Assembly: GCA_944349895.1 (NCBI GenBank)
Contig: CALVNQ010000001.1
Span: forward strand, 48,948 to 112,947
Origin: an uncultured Clostridia bacterium
Lineage (GTDB): Bacteria > Bacillota > Clostridia > Christensenellales > UBA1242
DNA: 64,000 bases
Direction: 5' to 3'
How positions within the stretch are numbered: position 1 is the stretch's first letter; each line of letters opens with the position of its first letter. A model generated the notes under the pieces. That model had not been told where the DNA came from and did not search any database. It saw nothing but the letters and a program-made list of their open reading frames with translations. Shown one piece after another: positions 49,466 to 58,383 of this stretch. A program made the position numbers and the translations under genes.

Positions 49466-50485
49466 TTATTTCATTTGTTTTAAGAATCTGATGTCATTCC
49501 TAAACATTGATCTTATATCTCCTATTTCATTTTTAACCATTGCAACCCTATCAACTCCGAATCCAAAAGCAAATCCACGATATTTCTTACTATCTATTCC
49601 ATTAATTTCAAGCACTTTTGGATTGACTATCCCAGCGCCCAATAGCTCCATAAATCCCGTTCCTTTACAAATGCGACAACCTTCACCTTTACAGTTTGGG
49701 CATGTAACATCAACCTCCACACTTGGTTCAGTAAAAGGGAAAAAGGAAGGTCTAAATCTTATTTGCGTTGCCTCACCAAAAGTCTTCCTCATTAAAATGG
49801 TTAACATGGATTTTAAATCGGCCATAGAAATATTTTCATCTATAACAAGTCCTTCCATTTGATGAAAAACAGGAGAATGAGTGGCATCACTATCATTCCT
49901 ATAAACTCTGCCCGGCGATATAATTTTAAAAGGGGGCTTCATTGTTTGCATACTACGAGCTTGCACCGAAGATGTTTGAGATCTTAATAATATGTTTTCT
50001 GAAACAAAAAAAGTGTCTTGCATATCTCTAGAAGGATGATTTTTAGGTATATTCAAAGCTTCAAAATTGTAATAATCGAGCTCCACTTCTGGTCCATCAA
50101 CAACTTTAAAACCCATATTTACACATGAATCTATTAACAAATCATAAACTTGAGACAGTGGATGTAACCCACCTTTTTCGTGAGCTTTACCCGGCTCAGT
50201 GATATCAATGGCAGTATTTTCAAGCTCTTTTAACAACTCCACATTGTCAAATTCTTTCTCTTTTAAATTAATTTTAGATTCTATTTCGTCTCTTATTTCA
50301 TTAACTAACATACCTATTTTTGGTCTATCTTCAGGAGAAATATCTCGCATGCCCCTCAAAACGCTTGTCAGCAAACCTTGTTTTCCTAAATATTTAACCT
50401 TGAAAGAAGCCAATCCTTCCTTTTCTTTTATTCCACACAATTCCTCTCTTGCGTTGTCTCTTATTTCAATTAATTTTTGCTCCAT
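49466..50485 (-). CDS. pheS: phenylalanyl-tRNA synthetase alpha subunit
   Basis: Carries class II motifs (HPSRDMQDTFF, FRPSFFPFTEPS, GFAFGFGVDR). Confidence 0.95.
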   Translation of the reverse strand: MEQKLIEIRDNAREELCGIKEKEGLASFKVKYLGKQGLLTSVLRGMRDISPEDRPKIGMLVNEIRDEIESKINLKEKEFDNVELLKELENTAIDITEPGKAHEKGGLHPLSQVYDLLIDSCVNMGFKVVDGPEVELDYYNFEALNIPKNHPSRDMQDTFFVSENILLRSQTSSVQARSMQTMKPPFKIISPGRVYRNDSDATHSPVFHQMEGLVIDENISMADLKSMLTILMRKTFGEATQIRFRPSFFPFTEPSVEVDVTCPNCKGEGCRICKGTGFMELLGAGIVNPKVLEINGIDSKKYRGFAFGFGVDRVAMVKNEIGDIRSMFRNDIRFLKQMK

Positions 50486-50496
50486 TTTTTCTCCTT

Positions 50497-50745
50497 TAAA
50501 AAACTCCTTCGCCTATATTAGGGCGAAAGAGCGTCTTCCACGTTACCACCTAATTTCAGCATTTCATTACAAAAAATGCCCTTCTTCTGCAATATTACGG
50601 TTGCCACCGATTTGGCCTACTACTAACTTTCAACCAAACAGCTCCAAAGGCGAATTCGTTGATTAGACATGATTTTTCGCACCAACCAAAATCTCTCTGA
50701 GATGTCTTAAAACAACCATGTTCCTTCATCATAGCTTTTAAATTC
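50497..50745 (-). promoter_or_regulatory. T-box riboswitch leader, Phe specifier (UUC)
   Basis: All elements are on the minus strand. Stem I carries AGAGA and GGTGCGAAA. The specifier loop AACGAATTCGCC places UUC at 50654-50652. The T-box sequence is AATTAGGTGGTAACGTGG (50556-50539). The terminator pairs CTCTTTCGCC with GGCGAAGGAG and is followed by U6. Confidence 0.85.
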
Positions 50746-50751
50746 AAAAAA

Positions 50752-50780
50752 ATATTATCATAAATGGTTTGTTTTGTCAA
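50752..50780 (-). promoter_or_regulatory. consensus sigma-A promoter of the pheST T-box leader
   Basis: On the minus strand: TTGACA (50780-50775), a 17-nt spacer, then TAATAT (50757-50752). Confidence 0.7.
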
Positions 50781-50803
50781 ATAATATGATATACTTTTTT
50801 CAA

Positions 50804-51673
50804 ATGAAAACCATACAATTTAAATCTAACAAAAACTATAAAAATTTATATTTTTTTTTAAAAGATAAAGGTTTATCCGAATCTTTAATTTCTTTTTTGC
50901 GCAATAACCCAAAAACAATTTTTATAAATGGGCAAGCTTCCACAATCAAAACAAAAATATATAAAAAGGATAAAATTACCTTAAATTTTTATGACAACAC
51001 CAGCACTAAAGTTCCATATAACAATATGCCACTTAATATAATATTTGAAAACGACGACTTACTGATTATAGATAAACCTGCAGGAATCCCAACAATACCC
51101 TCTAAAAGACACTATGATTATAACTTAGCAGGAGCAGTTTGTAAATATATGTGCAAAAAACAACAAAATTTTGTATTTAGAGTGGAAGGGAGACTTGATA
51201 AAGACACTTCAGGACTAGTTTTAATTACAAAAAATCAATTGGCAAGTTCGATGATAAAATACAAAAAAGAATATGTAGCCATTTGTCATGGCACATTTAA
51301 AACTAGAAAATTCACTATTGATTCCCCTATTTTAACCATCACAAAGAATAATATCAATCAACAACAACGAGTAATTAACGAAAACGGCAAAAAGGCAATC
51401 ACCCATGTAAAAGTTCTAAAAAGTTTCGACAACTTTTCTCTAATACAACTATCTTTAGAACAAGGCAGAACACATCAGATAAGATTACATATGTCAAAAA
51501 TTAGACATCCTCTTTTAGGAGATAAGTTATATGGTATAATAGATAACGTCGACAGATCTTTATTACACTGTCATAAAATGGAAATTAGATTACCATTTTA
51601 TAAAAGACCAATTAAAGTAAAAACAGATTTACCAAAAGATTTCACAGAGATATTAAAAAACCGAATCACCTGA
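50804..51673 (+). CDS. RluA-family pseudouridine synthase with S4-like N-terminus
   Basis: Contains the GRLDKDTSGLVL catalytic motif and GRTHQIRLH. The start is uncertain among 50774, 50786 and 50804. ATG 50804 lies 8 nt after TGaTATACT. Confidence 0.8.
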   Translation: MKTIQFKSNKNYKNLYFFLKDKGLSESLISFLRNNPKTIFINGQASTIKTKIYKKDKITLNFYDNTSTKVPYNNMPLNIIFENDDLLIIDKPAGIPTIPSKRHYDYNLAGAVCKYMCKKQQNFVFRVEGRLDKDTSGLVLITKNQLASSMIKYKKEYVAICHGTFKTRKFTIDSPILTITKNNINQQQRVINENGKKAITHVKVLKSFDNFSLIQLSLEQGRTHQIRLHMSKIRHPLLGDKLYGIIDNVDRSLLHCHKMEIRLPFYKRPIKVKTDLPKDFTEILKNRIT

Positions 51674-52306
51674 AGTAAAATAAAATTGTGGTACTTCCCC
51701 AACTATAATATTTTCACACACTAAAATTTGTGTTATAAAATCCACTTTTTTTGTTGTCAAAGGCAATATAACACTTATAGTAACATTAGCATTAATATAT
51801 AACGAATGTTTAGTTTGATTTATACCTGCCGAGATAAAATCCGAACTAAAAGAAGTAATTACCGAACCAATAGGTAATATTTTTATATTTATTTTAGGTC
51901 CAATTCCCGAAAGAGCATTTAAACCCGAAAAAGTTCCTAATGGAACACTAATGCCATGTTCACTAACTTTATCCAACAAAATTTGAGCTTCAGTTGAAAG
52001 TTCTCTAGCAAAATTATTAAGGGTAATTGAATCAGCAGTTATTGATGAAACTTTATTTTCAGAAGAATATGTTACATCTATAAAATCATCATAAGCATAC
52101 CCTTTTTCCTGTATAACATCATATATAGCATCGCTAATAGCAGTGGTGGCAACAGAATCTACTTGTGCCCTAGACACTTCGACAACAAGTGGGCCAACGA
52201 TGTAATTAAAATATAAAAAAACAGACAAAATCAAAAAAAGAATTATACCTAGACCTATATAGGCTTTGGTTTTCCAATTATATTTTTTGCGTTTTATTTT
52301 TTGCAT
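51653..52306 (-). CDS. yunB: sporulation protein YunB
   Basis: N-terminal TM helix plus the GPKINIKILPIGSV...AGINQTKH...IVGEVP blocks typical of YunB. Confidence 0.8.
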   Translation of the reverse strand: MQKIKRKKYNWKTKAYIGLGIILFLILSVFLYFNYIVGPLVVEVSRAQVDSVATTAISDAIYDVIQEKGYAYDDFIDVTYSSENKVSSITADSITLNNFARELSTEAQILLDKVSEHGISVPLGTFSGLNALSGIGPKINIKILPIGSVITSFSSDFISAGINQTKHSLYINANVTISVILPLTTKKVDFITQILVCENIIVGEVPQFYFTSGDSVF

Positions 52307-52348
52307 ACATATATATATGTTTTTTTATTTGCAAAATTGATACTATAT

Positions 52349-52377
52349 ATTGTATTATTTATGACATAATACTATGC
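52349..52377 (-). promoter_or_regulatory. sigma-E-like promoter candidate for yunB
   Basis: On the minus strand: GCATAGT, a 14-nt spacer, then AATACAAT. The recalled consensus is kmATAtt-14-CATACAnT. Confidence 0.3.
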
Positions 52378-52731
52378 TTATTTTGTTTTGGACCTTGAAA
52401 TTAAGGAAAATATAAAGGCAAATATTACTGCTGCAGCAATTCCACCTGCTGTTGCTTCCAAACCACCTACGAAGGCCCCCAACAGTCCAGAAGATTCAAC
52501 TGCGTTCATCGCCCCTTTTGCTAAAGACGCCCCGAAACCTATAATTGGCACATTTATTCCAGCTTTAGCAAATTCAGAAATTGGCTGAAACAAATTAAAA
52601 GCTTGCAAAATAACGCCTATCAAAACGAAGGTTACCAATATCCTTGCAGAAGTTATTTTGGTTGTTATAATTAAAATTTCCCCTAGCATACACACAAGGC
52701 CACCAATTAAAAATACCCATAAATATTCCAT
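52378..52731 (-). CDS. spoVAE: stage V sporulation protein AE (SpoVAEb-type)
   Basis: 117-aa 4-TM protein that follows spoVAD. Confidence 0.88.
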   Translation of the reverse strand: MEYLWVFLIGGLVCMLGEILIITTKITSARILVTFVLIGVILQAFNLFQPISEFAKAGINVPIIGFGASLAKGAMNAVESSGLLGAFVGGLEATAGGIAAAVIFAFIFSLISRSKTK

Positions 52732-53727
52732 TTAATCTCCTCCTGCCTCCAAAACAATCGCATGACTTATACCGGGAATTGATTCACCTTGTTGTGTTGC
52801 AGTTGTTGACATCAATGCCCCGGTAGGAACAAACAAAATTCTTTTAAACTTTTTGGCTTTCAACTTTTTTATAATATACGAATTAAGAACAGAAGCACTT
52901 ACTCCACACCCACTCGCACCACACATGGTATCCTGTTTTCTAGAATAATAACAATGCCCACAATCCGAATAATTTGGGCCCAACTTAACTCCTCGTCCCT
53001 CCAATAAATCTATCAATATTTCTGCTCCTAGTTTTCCTAAATCTCCTGTAAGAATTAAGTCATAATCGCTCGGCTTCCTTCCGGTTTCATTTAAATGGGT
53101 ATAAATCGTATCAGCCGCTGATGGAGCCATGGCTGCCCCCATATTGTTAACGTCAGTTATCCCATAATCAATAACTTTTCCAAAAGTCGCCATAGACACA
53201 ACGGGTCCTTCCCCCTCTAAAGACAAAACACAAGCTCCTGCTGCCGTTGCCGTCCATTGTGAAGTTGGCACTCTTTGATTGCCAAGCTCTAAAGGAAATC
53301 TAAATTGTCTTTCCGCAGTTGAAAAATGTGAACCTGTTGCACATGCAACATTATGAAAATGTCCAGCATTTATCAATATGGCTCCGGTTGCTAATGATTC
53401 TGCCATGGTTGAGCAGGCACTAAAAACACCTAAATAAGGAAATTCATATGCTCTCGCTGTAAAAGAAGAAGAGATAATCTGATTTAACAAATCTCCGGCT
53501 AGCAATAAATCTATATCACCAGAATGCAATCCTGCATTCTGTATAGCCCCCGTAACAGCCTGTTCGAACATTTTTCTTTCTGCCATTTCATATGTTTTTT
53601 CGCCAAAGCCATCACTTTTCATAACATAATCAAAAAATGAACCGAAAGGCCCCTTTCCTTCTTTTGGTCCAACAATCGAATAGCTTCCTATTATTTTTGG
53701 TTTGCTTTTAAATTCTATTGTCTGCAT
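52732..53727 (-). CDS. spoVAD: stage V sporulation protein AD
   Basis: Thiolase-like fold, 331 aa, with GVFSACST and the GALMS region. Confidence 0.92.
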   Translation of the reverse strand: MQTIEFKSKPKIIGSYSIVGPKEGKGPFGSFFDYVMKSDGFGEKTYEMAERKMFEQAVTGAIQNAGLHSGDIDLLLAGDLLNQIISSSFTARAYEFPYLGVFSACSTMAESLATGAILINAGHFHNVACATGSHFSTAERQFRFPLELGNQRVPTSQWTATAAGACVLSLEGEGPVVSMATFGKVIDYGITDVNNMGAAMAPSAADTIYTHLNETGRKPSDYDLILTGDLGKLGAEILIDLLEGRGVKLGPNYSDCGHCYYSRKQDTMCGASGCGVSASVLNSYIIKKLKAKKFKRILFVPTGALMSTTATQQGESIPGISHAIVLEAGGD

Positions 53728-53937
53728 ATTTGAAATCCTTTGATTATAAATTACAGTTTCAACTATTGTAGGCTCTTTAACAAAACCTTGTTTTTTTTAA
53801 TTAACTATAAGTTTATATTTTACAAAACAAAAGATTTTAAACATAAATTTGATCACAAAACTTTGATTTTCTGACAAAAATTTCTTTTAAAGCAACCTAA
53901 ATTTATTAACAATATTGCACTTTTATATCTACTTTAT

Positions 53938-54393
53938 TTAAAATAATCCTATTATAAAATAAATTATACCAACAACTATACTTGCAACTATTCCTGTGAC
54001 TATAACAGGACCTGCTATGCTAAACATTTTCACACAAGTTCCATAAATAATTCCTTCGTGCTTATATTCAATAGCTGGAGATGCTATAGAATTAGAAAAT
54101 CCTGTAATAGGGACTATGCTGCCACCACCTGCAAATTTACCAATTTTGTCATAAACACCTAACCCCGTTAATAAAGATGCTAGAAAAATTAAAATAATTA
54201 AAGTCCAAGCCCAAGCTGATTGTTGGGACATAGATGGAAATATATAAATGATCAAATCATTTATTCCTTGCCCGATTAAACAAATTAATCCACCCACCCA
54301 AAAAGAATTAAATAAAGACGGCCAAGCTTTTGTTTTAGGTATTCTTGCCTCAACATACGAATTATATGCTTCATTAATTTTTTCGTTTTTCAT
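53938..54393 (-). CDS. spoVAC: stage V sporulation protein AC
   Basis: I prefer ATG 54393 after GGAGAG, which gives ~151 aa, as for the B. subtilis protein. The ORF-track TTG at 54426 is the alternative. Contains the FWVGGLICLIGQ region. Confidence 0.88.
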   Translation of the reverse strand: MKNEKINEAYNSYVEARIPKTKAWPSLFNSFWVGGLICLIGQGINDLIIYIFPSMSQQSAWAWTLIILIFLASLLTGLGVYDKIGKFAGGGSIVPITGFSNSIASPAIEYKHEGIIYGTCVKMFSIAGPVIVTGIVASIVVGIIYFIIGLF

Positions 54394-54621
54394 AAACTCT
54401 CCAAAGTCTTTATTTATTTTCTCCAAAATATTATAGAATAAACATCATTTATTTCTTAAAATAAAAACTGCAACATAATAAATAACAGTTGCTGAAAATA
54501 ATTCATCAACTGCCAATTTTAAATATCAAATTTGATAAAGCTTTTATAAAAAAGAAAATTTAAAATTTTTTTATATAAATTTAAAACGCAAATTGAATTT
54601 TCAAGGCAAGACAGAAACTGC

Positions 54622-56034
54622 TTAATTCGAAAAATCTTCAACCGTATAAGCTGTATCGGACACAAAAGAAATATACTTAGACATATCGTCTTGACATATA
54701 GGTGTGCAATTATGATAATTCGCAGCCACGTTAACCCCCAACCTTTTTACAGGTTTTAGAGAATGCACATGCCCAAAAAAGTTTACAATGTCGGGTTTTG
54801 TTTTGGAAGGGAAATGATTCATAAAAACATCTCTACCGAACACTTTTTTATCTAACATTACCCCTTCCTTAAAGACATTATAAAATCCCATTTTCCTAAG
54901 CTTTGCTTTAAATTGTTCAAAGCTCAATCCCATTTTTTCCATATCAGCAATTTCATGATTGCCACAAATAAGATTCACCTTGCCATTAAGTCTTTTAATC
55001 ATTTTATAATTACCAAAATCACCTAAATGATAAACTATATCTTTTTTTGAAACAACACTATTCCAATTTTTTATGATTGTTTCGGTCATTTCTTCTTTTG
55101 TTTTAAAACCAAATTGTTTTATCTTATATTTTCGGCTATCATCTAAGTGTGTATCAGAAATAAAGAAATGATTTATTGGGGAAAAGTTATTGCTTAGTTT
55201 TGTCAAATTATTGGCAAAATTTTTCCATATCTCTTCTGTTGATTTAAGATCATACACATAATTAACTAACTTTGTCATAGAAGTTTTTTGAAAATCCTTT
55301 AGCAATAGATTTAAAGGCAATTTTTTTACATAACAAAAGTCGTGGTTAATAAGATATGCTATCGGTGTTATGCTATACATTCTACAAAATTCTTGAGAGA
55401 AATTAAAGAGCCCAGTAATCCTTCTGTATAAATAATTCCCTAAATGATTTACACATATATCTTTTTGAATTTTATTTAATGAAACATTAAACAGCTTACC
55501 TATGTAACTTGGGAAAATAGTCAAATCAGCATCTGATTTAGCAACAATTTCAAAAGCTTTTTTATCGGTTTGACTATTCAAATCTGTAAATTCTTGATGG
55601 AATATATGCCTGAGGCCTATCCATAATATTTTTAAATTTTTAGCAATATTTGGCTTTATTTTTATAGCAATCGCCAGATTTGTCAATCCACCAAGACAGA
55701 CAACCGTTATTTCTTTTTTACTTGCCAAAGAGATGATTTTTTTAACCGCAGGTGAAGATTCATAATATGAATCGTCGCAAAATCCTTGGCTCCCCTCAAA
55801 ACATATCTTATAGTCTTTTAAGCCTATGTATCTGAGCAGTCTATGTAATTCTAATTGATTCTCTACTTGAGAATTTTTTACATTAATAGATCCAAATTTG
55901 AACGGAGATAATGTAATAGCCTCAATTTTAAAACATTTTTCAGAAAACGCATAACAAAGTGCCAAATCATCTTCTATAGTTCTGCCTAGATCTGAATCTA
56001 TAATTAAATTGATAGCACGCTTATTCTTATTCAT
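54622..56034 (-). CDS. fusion protein: nucleoside-hydrolase-like N-terminal domain + calcineurin-like metallophosphoesterase C-terminal domain
   Basis: The N-terminus NLIIDSDLGRTIEDDLAL resembles the IU-nucleoside-hydrolase DxDxxxDD motif but has an insertion. The C-terminus has the MPE motifs SDTHL, LGDFG, GNHE, NHFP and GHVH. Confidence 0.7.
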   Translation of the reverse strand: MNKNKRAINLIIDSDLGRTIEDDLALCYAFSEKCFKIEAITLSPFKFGSINVKNSQVENQLELHRLLRYIGLKDYKICFEGSQGFCDDSYYESSPAVKKIISLASKKEITVVCLGGLTNLAIAIKIKPNIAKNLKILWIGLRHIFHQEFTDLNSQTDKKAFEIVAKSDADLTIFPSYIGKLFNVSLNKIQKDICVNHLGNYLYRRITGLFNFSQEFCRMYSITPIAYLINHDFCYVKKLPLNLLLKDFQKTSMTKLVNYVYDLKSTEEIWKNFANNLTKLSNNFSPINHFFISDTHLDDSRKYKIKQFGFKTKEEMTETIIKNWNSVVSKKDIVYHLGDFGNYKMIKRLNGKVNLICGNHEIADMEKMGLSFEQFKAKLRKMGFYNVFKEGVMLDKKVFGRDVFMNHFPSKTKPDIVNFFGHVHSLKPVKRLGVNVAANYHNCTPICQDDMSKYISFVSDTAYTVEDFSN

Positions 56035-56040
56035 AGATAA

Positions 56041-56049
56041 ATTATATCA
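56041..56049 (-). promoter_or_regulatory. extended -10 (TGaTATAAT) positioned for leaderless transcript of the fusion gene
   Basis: On the minus strand: TGATATAAT, 6 nt (TTATCT), then ATG at 56034. No SD is present, and the -35 (TTTTTA) is weak. Confidence 0.45.
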
Positions 56050-56218
56050 TAAAAAAACAATTATAAAAACAAATAAACATTAAATATTTTATTAAAAACA
56101 AGAACTTTCATATTCAATCAGGCTTTTTATCAAGATAAATTGCAAAATAATTTTTATTTTGCTACTCAAAGAATAAACATAAATTTATTACTCAAACTAA
56201 AAAAAATTAGGAGGAATT

Positions 56219-57649
56219 ATGAAAAAAACATTATTTATCGCTGGTTTAAGTTTGGCAACAATTTTAACCATGACAGGTTGCAATAACACATCTAACGAAG
56301 AGGCAATAATCGACAATTTATCACATCAATTAGACAAAACCACAAACACCGTTTCAAGTGTAACATTAGAACCAACAGACAATCTTAACGTCGAAGGCGT
56401 TTCAAAAATTTTGTCAAATTCTTCATCAAATTCATTCGCTAAATTATCTAATATTTATCAAAATGCTAAAAGCACCTCTTCAGATATAGAAAAAAATAAA
56501 ACCGAAATTCTTAGCAAAGCGAAAATGTTAAAAAAAGAAATAGCTGGAGGCGTAAATCTTGGCAATAAAAATGCTAGCGCAATTTCTGAGCTTACATCAA
56601 GCATGCAAAAATATACTACAAATCTAGGGAAAACCAAAAGTGACTATAAAAATACCATAAAAAGCATCGCAAAACAAATAAATACGATAGATGAAAATGA
56701 ATTAGATGCAAAAGCAACAAGACTTAACTGCTGTTTAGAGGCAAGGAACTGTTATTTAAAAAACATATTATTAACTTTAAATAATATTGAAAACATTTTA
56801 ACAAATCTTGACAATCAAGAAGATTATAATTTAAATTACGATGATGCAAATCAATCATTAGACATGAATAATATTATTACTTCTGAGCAAACATCTGAAT
56901 CTGCAAATCTACAACAAGAAAATGCAATGATTAATAATTACCCTTACTATAATCAATACGAAAATTTTAACAATTATAGAAATAATACATTTAATCCTAA
57001 TAGAAATACTGATACTTATGGCCCTGGAATAACAAATATAGACACATATAGAAATTATGGTTACAACAATTATAACAACGGATATTATAATGGTTATAAT
57101 AATTTTCAAGGAGACAGGCATTTTGGAGGATCGAATGGTGTTAATAATATTACCGTAAAAGAAAATGATTTAGAAAAGAAAACTAACAATGACACAGAAA
57201 CATCAGATGAAAACTTATATTCAAATAATTCTAATGAAGAGAATAATGTTGTTGTAGAAACAGATAAAGATAAAGTAGAAGCAAAAGAAACATCTTCTCA
57301 AAACAACCAAAAAATGTCTGTCGACAACAACTCAAACATAAAAAAATATCCAAATGAAAAAGGCTTTAAGAAAGAAATATCTGACACAAGAGGAAAAGAA
57401 GATACTAAAAAAGTATTACCGGCTAAAACAAAAGAAAACAACATTAATAATACTGAAGAATTTAATGATAATAAACAAGAAGATTTGAAAATTAAGTCTG
57501 TTATGATGAAGGATGACTCCTCTGATCAAGAAATAAAAAATAATGAGTCTTTAGGTGTTGAAGACAAAGATTTGGCCAAAGGACACACACAAACCCTTTC
57601 TTTCTTAAATGACATAAATAAAAAAATAGAACGTTTAATTAAAAACTAA
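56219..57649 (+). CDS. hypothetical lipoprotein with Asn/Tyr/Gly-rich low-complexity core
   Basis: The signal peptide has the lipobox LTMTGC, and the SD is strong (AGGAGGAA). The central region reads NNYPYYNQYENFNNYRNN...YGYNNYNNGYYNGYNNF. Confidence 0.8.
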   Translation: MKKTLFIAGLSLATILTMTGCNNTSNEEAIIDNLSHQLDKTTNTVSSVTLEPTDNLNVEGVSKILSNSSSNSFAKLSNIYQNAKSTSSDIEKNKTEILSKAKMLKKEIAGGVNLGNKNASAISELTSSMQKYTTNLGKTKSDYKNTIKSIAKQINTIDENELDAKATRLNCCLEARNCYLKNILLTLNNIENILTNLDNQEDYNLNYDDANQSLDMNNIITSEQTSESANLQQENAMINNYPYYNQYENFNNYRNNTFNPNRNTDTYGPGITNIDTYRNYGYNNYNNGYYNGYNNFQGDRHFGGSNGVNNITVKENDLEKKTNNDTETSDENLYSNNSNEENNVVVETDKDKVEAKETSSQNNQKMSVDNNSNIKKYPNEKGFKKEISDTRGKEDTKKVLPAKTKENNINNTEEFNDNKQEDLKIKSVMMKDDSSDQEIKNNESLGVEDKDLAKGHTQTLSFLNDINKKIERLIKN

Positions 57650-57675
57650 AAAATTGTCTCTTAGGACAATTTTTT
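57650..57675. terminator. bidirectional terminator between lipoprotein gene and sigF
   Basis: Stem AAAATTGTC pairs with GACAATTTT around a 6-nt loop, with A/T runs on both sides. It overlaps the sigF stop. Confidence 0.7.
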
Positions 57676-58383
57676 CTTTAAATTTTCCAAAATTTTATTT
57701 TCCAATCTTGAAACTTGAACTTGCGATATATGGAGTAATGTGGCAATTTCGCTCTGTGTTTTGTCATAAAAATATCTCATTAAAATTATTGTTTTGTCTC
57801 TATTGGATAATTCTGAAACCAACTCTCTTATAGCAATTTTGTCTACTAAACTATTAGCATTATTCTCATTGTCAACCCTATCTATAACAAGTAAGCTGTC
57901 GGAATCAGCTTCATCAAAAGGCGCATATAACGACACAGGCATTCTTGATGAATCCATGGCCATCACAACGTCCCCTTCTTCCACTTGAAAATGATTTGCT
58001 ATTTCTTCAACTGTAGGTTTAACCTTTTTATCTGCATAATAAGACTCTATAAATTTTTTTATTTTTATATTTAAAGATTTTATTGCTCTTGAAACTTTTA
58101 TTGCGCCATCATCTCTCATATATCTCTTTATTTCACCTATAACCATAGGAACCACATATGTTGAAAATTTTACATTAAATTCAGGGTTAAAATTTTTTAT
58201 TGCTTTAACAAAACCTAAACAACCAAGCTGATAAAGATCGTCGTATTCTAATCCCTTGCTGACAAATCGTTTAATTATACTTTTTATTAAAGGAGAATTT
58301 TCCGCAATCAGCGCACTCTTTGCTTCCTCATCTCCTTCTTGCGCCAATTTTACCAGCCTTTTTACTTCTTCACTATCTAACAT
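57661..58383 (-). CDS. sigF: sporulation sigma factor SigF
   Basis: A sigma-70-family protein with regions 2-4 (DLYQLGCLGFVKAIKNF, SQSEIATLLHISQVQVSRLE). It is the third gene of the spoIIA operon. Confidence 0.9.
   Translation of the reverse strand: MLDSEEVKRLVKLAQEGDEEAKSALIAENSPLIKSIIKRFVSKGLEYDDLYQLGCLGFVKAIKNFNPEFNVKFSTYVVPMVIGEIKRYMRDDGAIKVSRAIKSLNIKIKKFIESYYADKKVKPTVEEIANHFQVEEGDVVMAMDSSRMPVSLYAPFDEADSDSLLVIDRVDNENNANSLVDKIAIRELVSELSNRDKTIILMRYFYDKTQSEIATLLHISQVQVSRLENKILENLKKKLS

Noticed and set aside
50199-50780. A 155-aa plus-strand ORF and a 61-aa minus-strand ORF covering the pheS 5' end and upstream region.
   Set aside because: A well-defined Phe T-box leader explains the region, with stem I, the UUC specifier, the T-box sequence and the terminator. 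The ORFs cross RNA structural elements and lack SDs.
37272-52372. The ACATAATA(C) motif recurs in several intergenic regions (37272, 37336, 39809, 49454, 52364). I considered it a dispersed REP-like element.
   Set aside because: An 8-9-nt AT-rich word is expected by chance in AT-rich spacers, and its complement (GTATTATGT) contains a -10-like TATTAT. I kept only the three copies clustered at the PadR promoter as a finding.
53728-53937. An unusually long 210-bp gap between spoVAC and spoVAD, checked for a small gene or RNA.
   Set aside because: Only a 15-codon ORF without an SD is present, and I could define no convincing hairpin or promoter. Nothing here is supportable from sequence alone.
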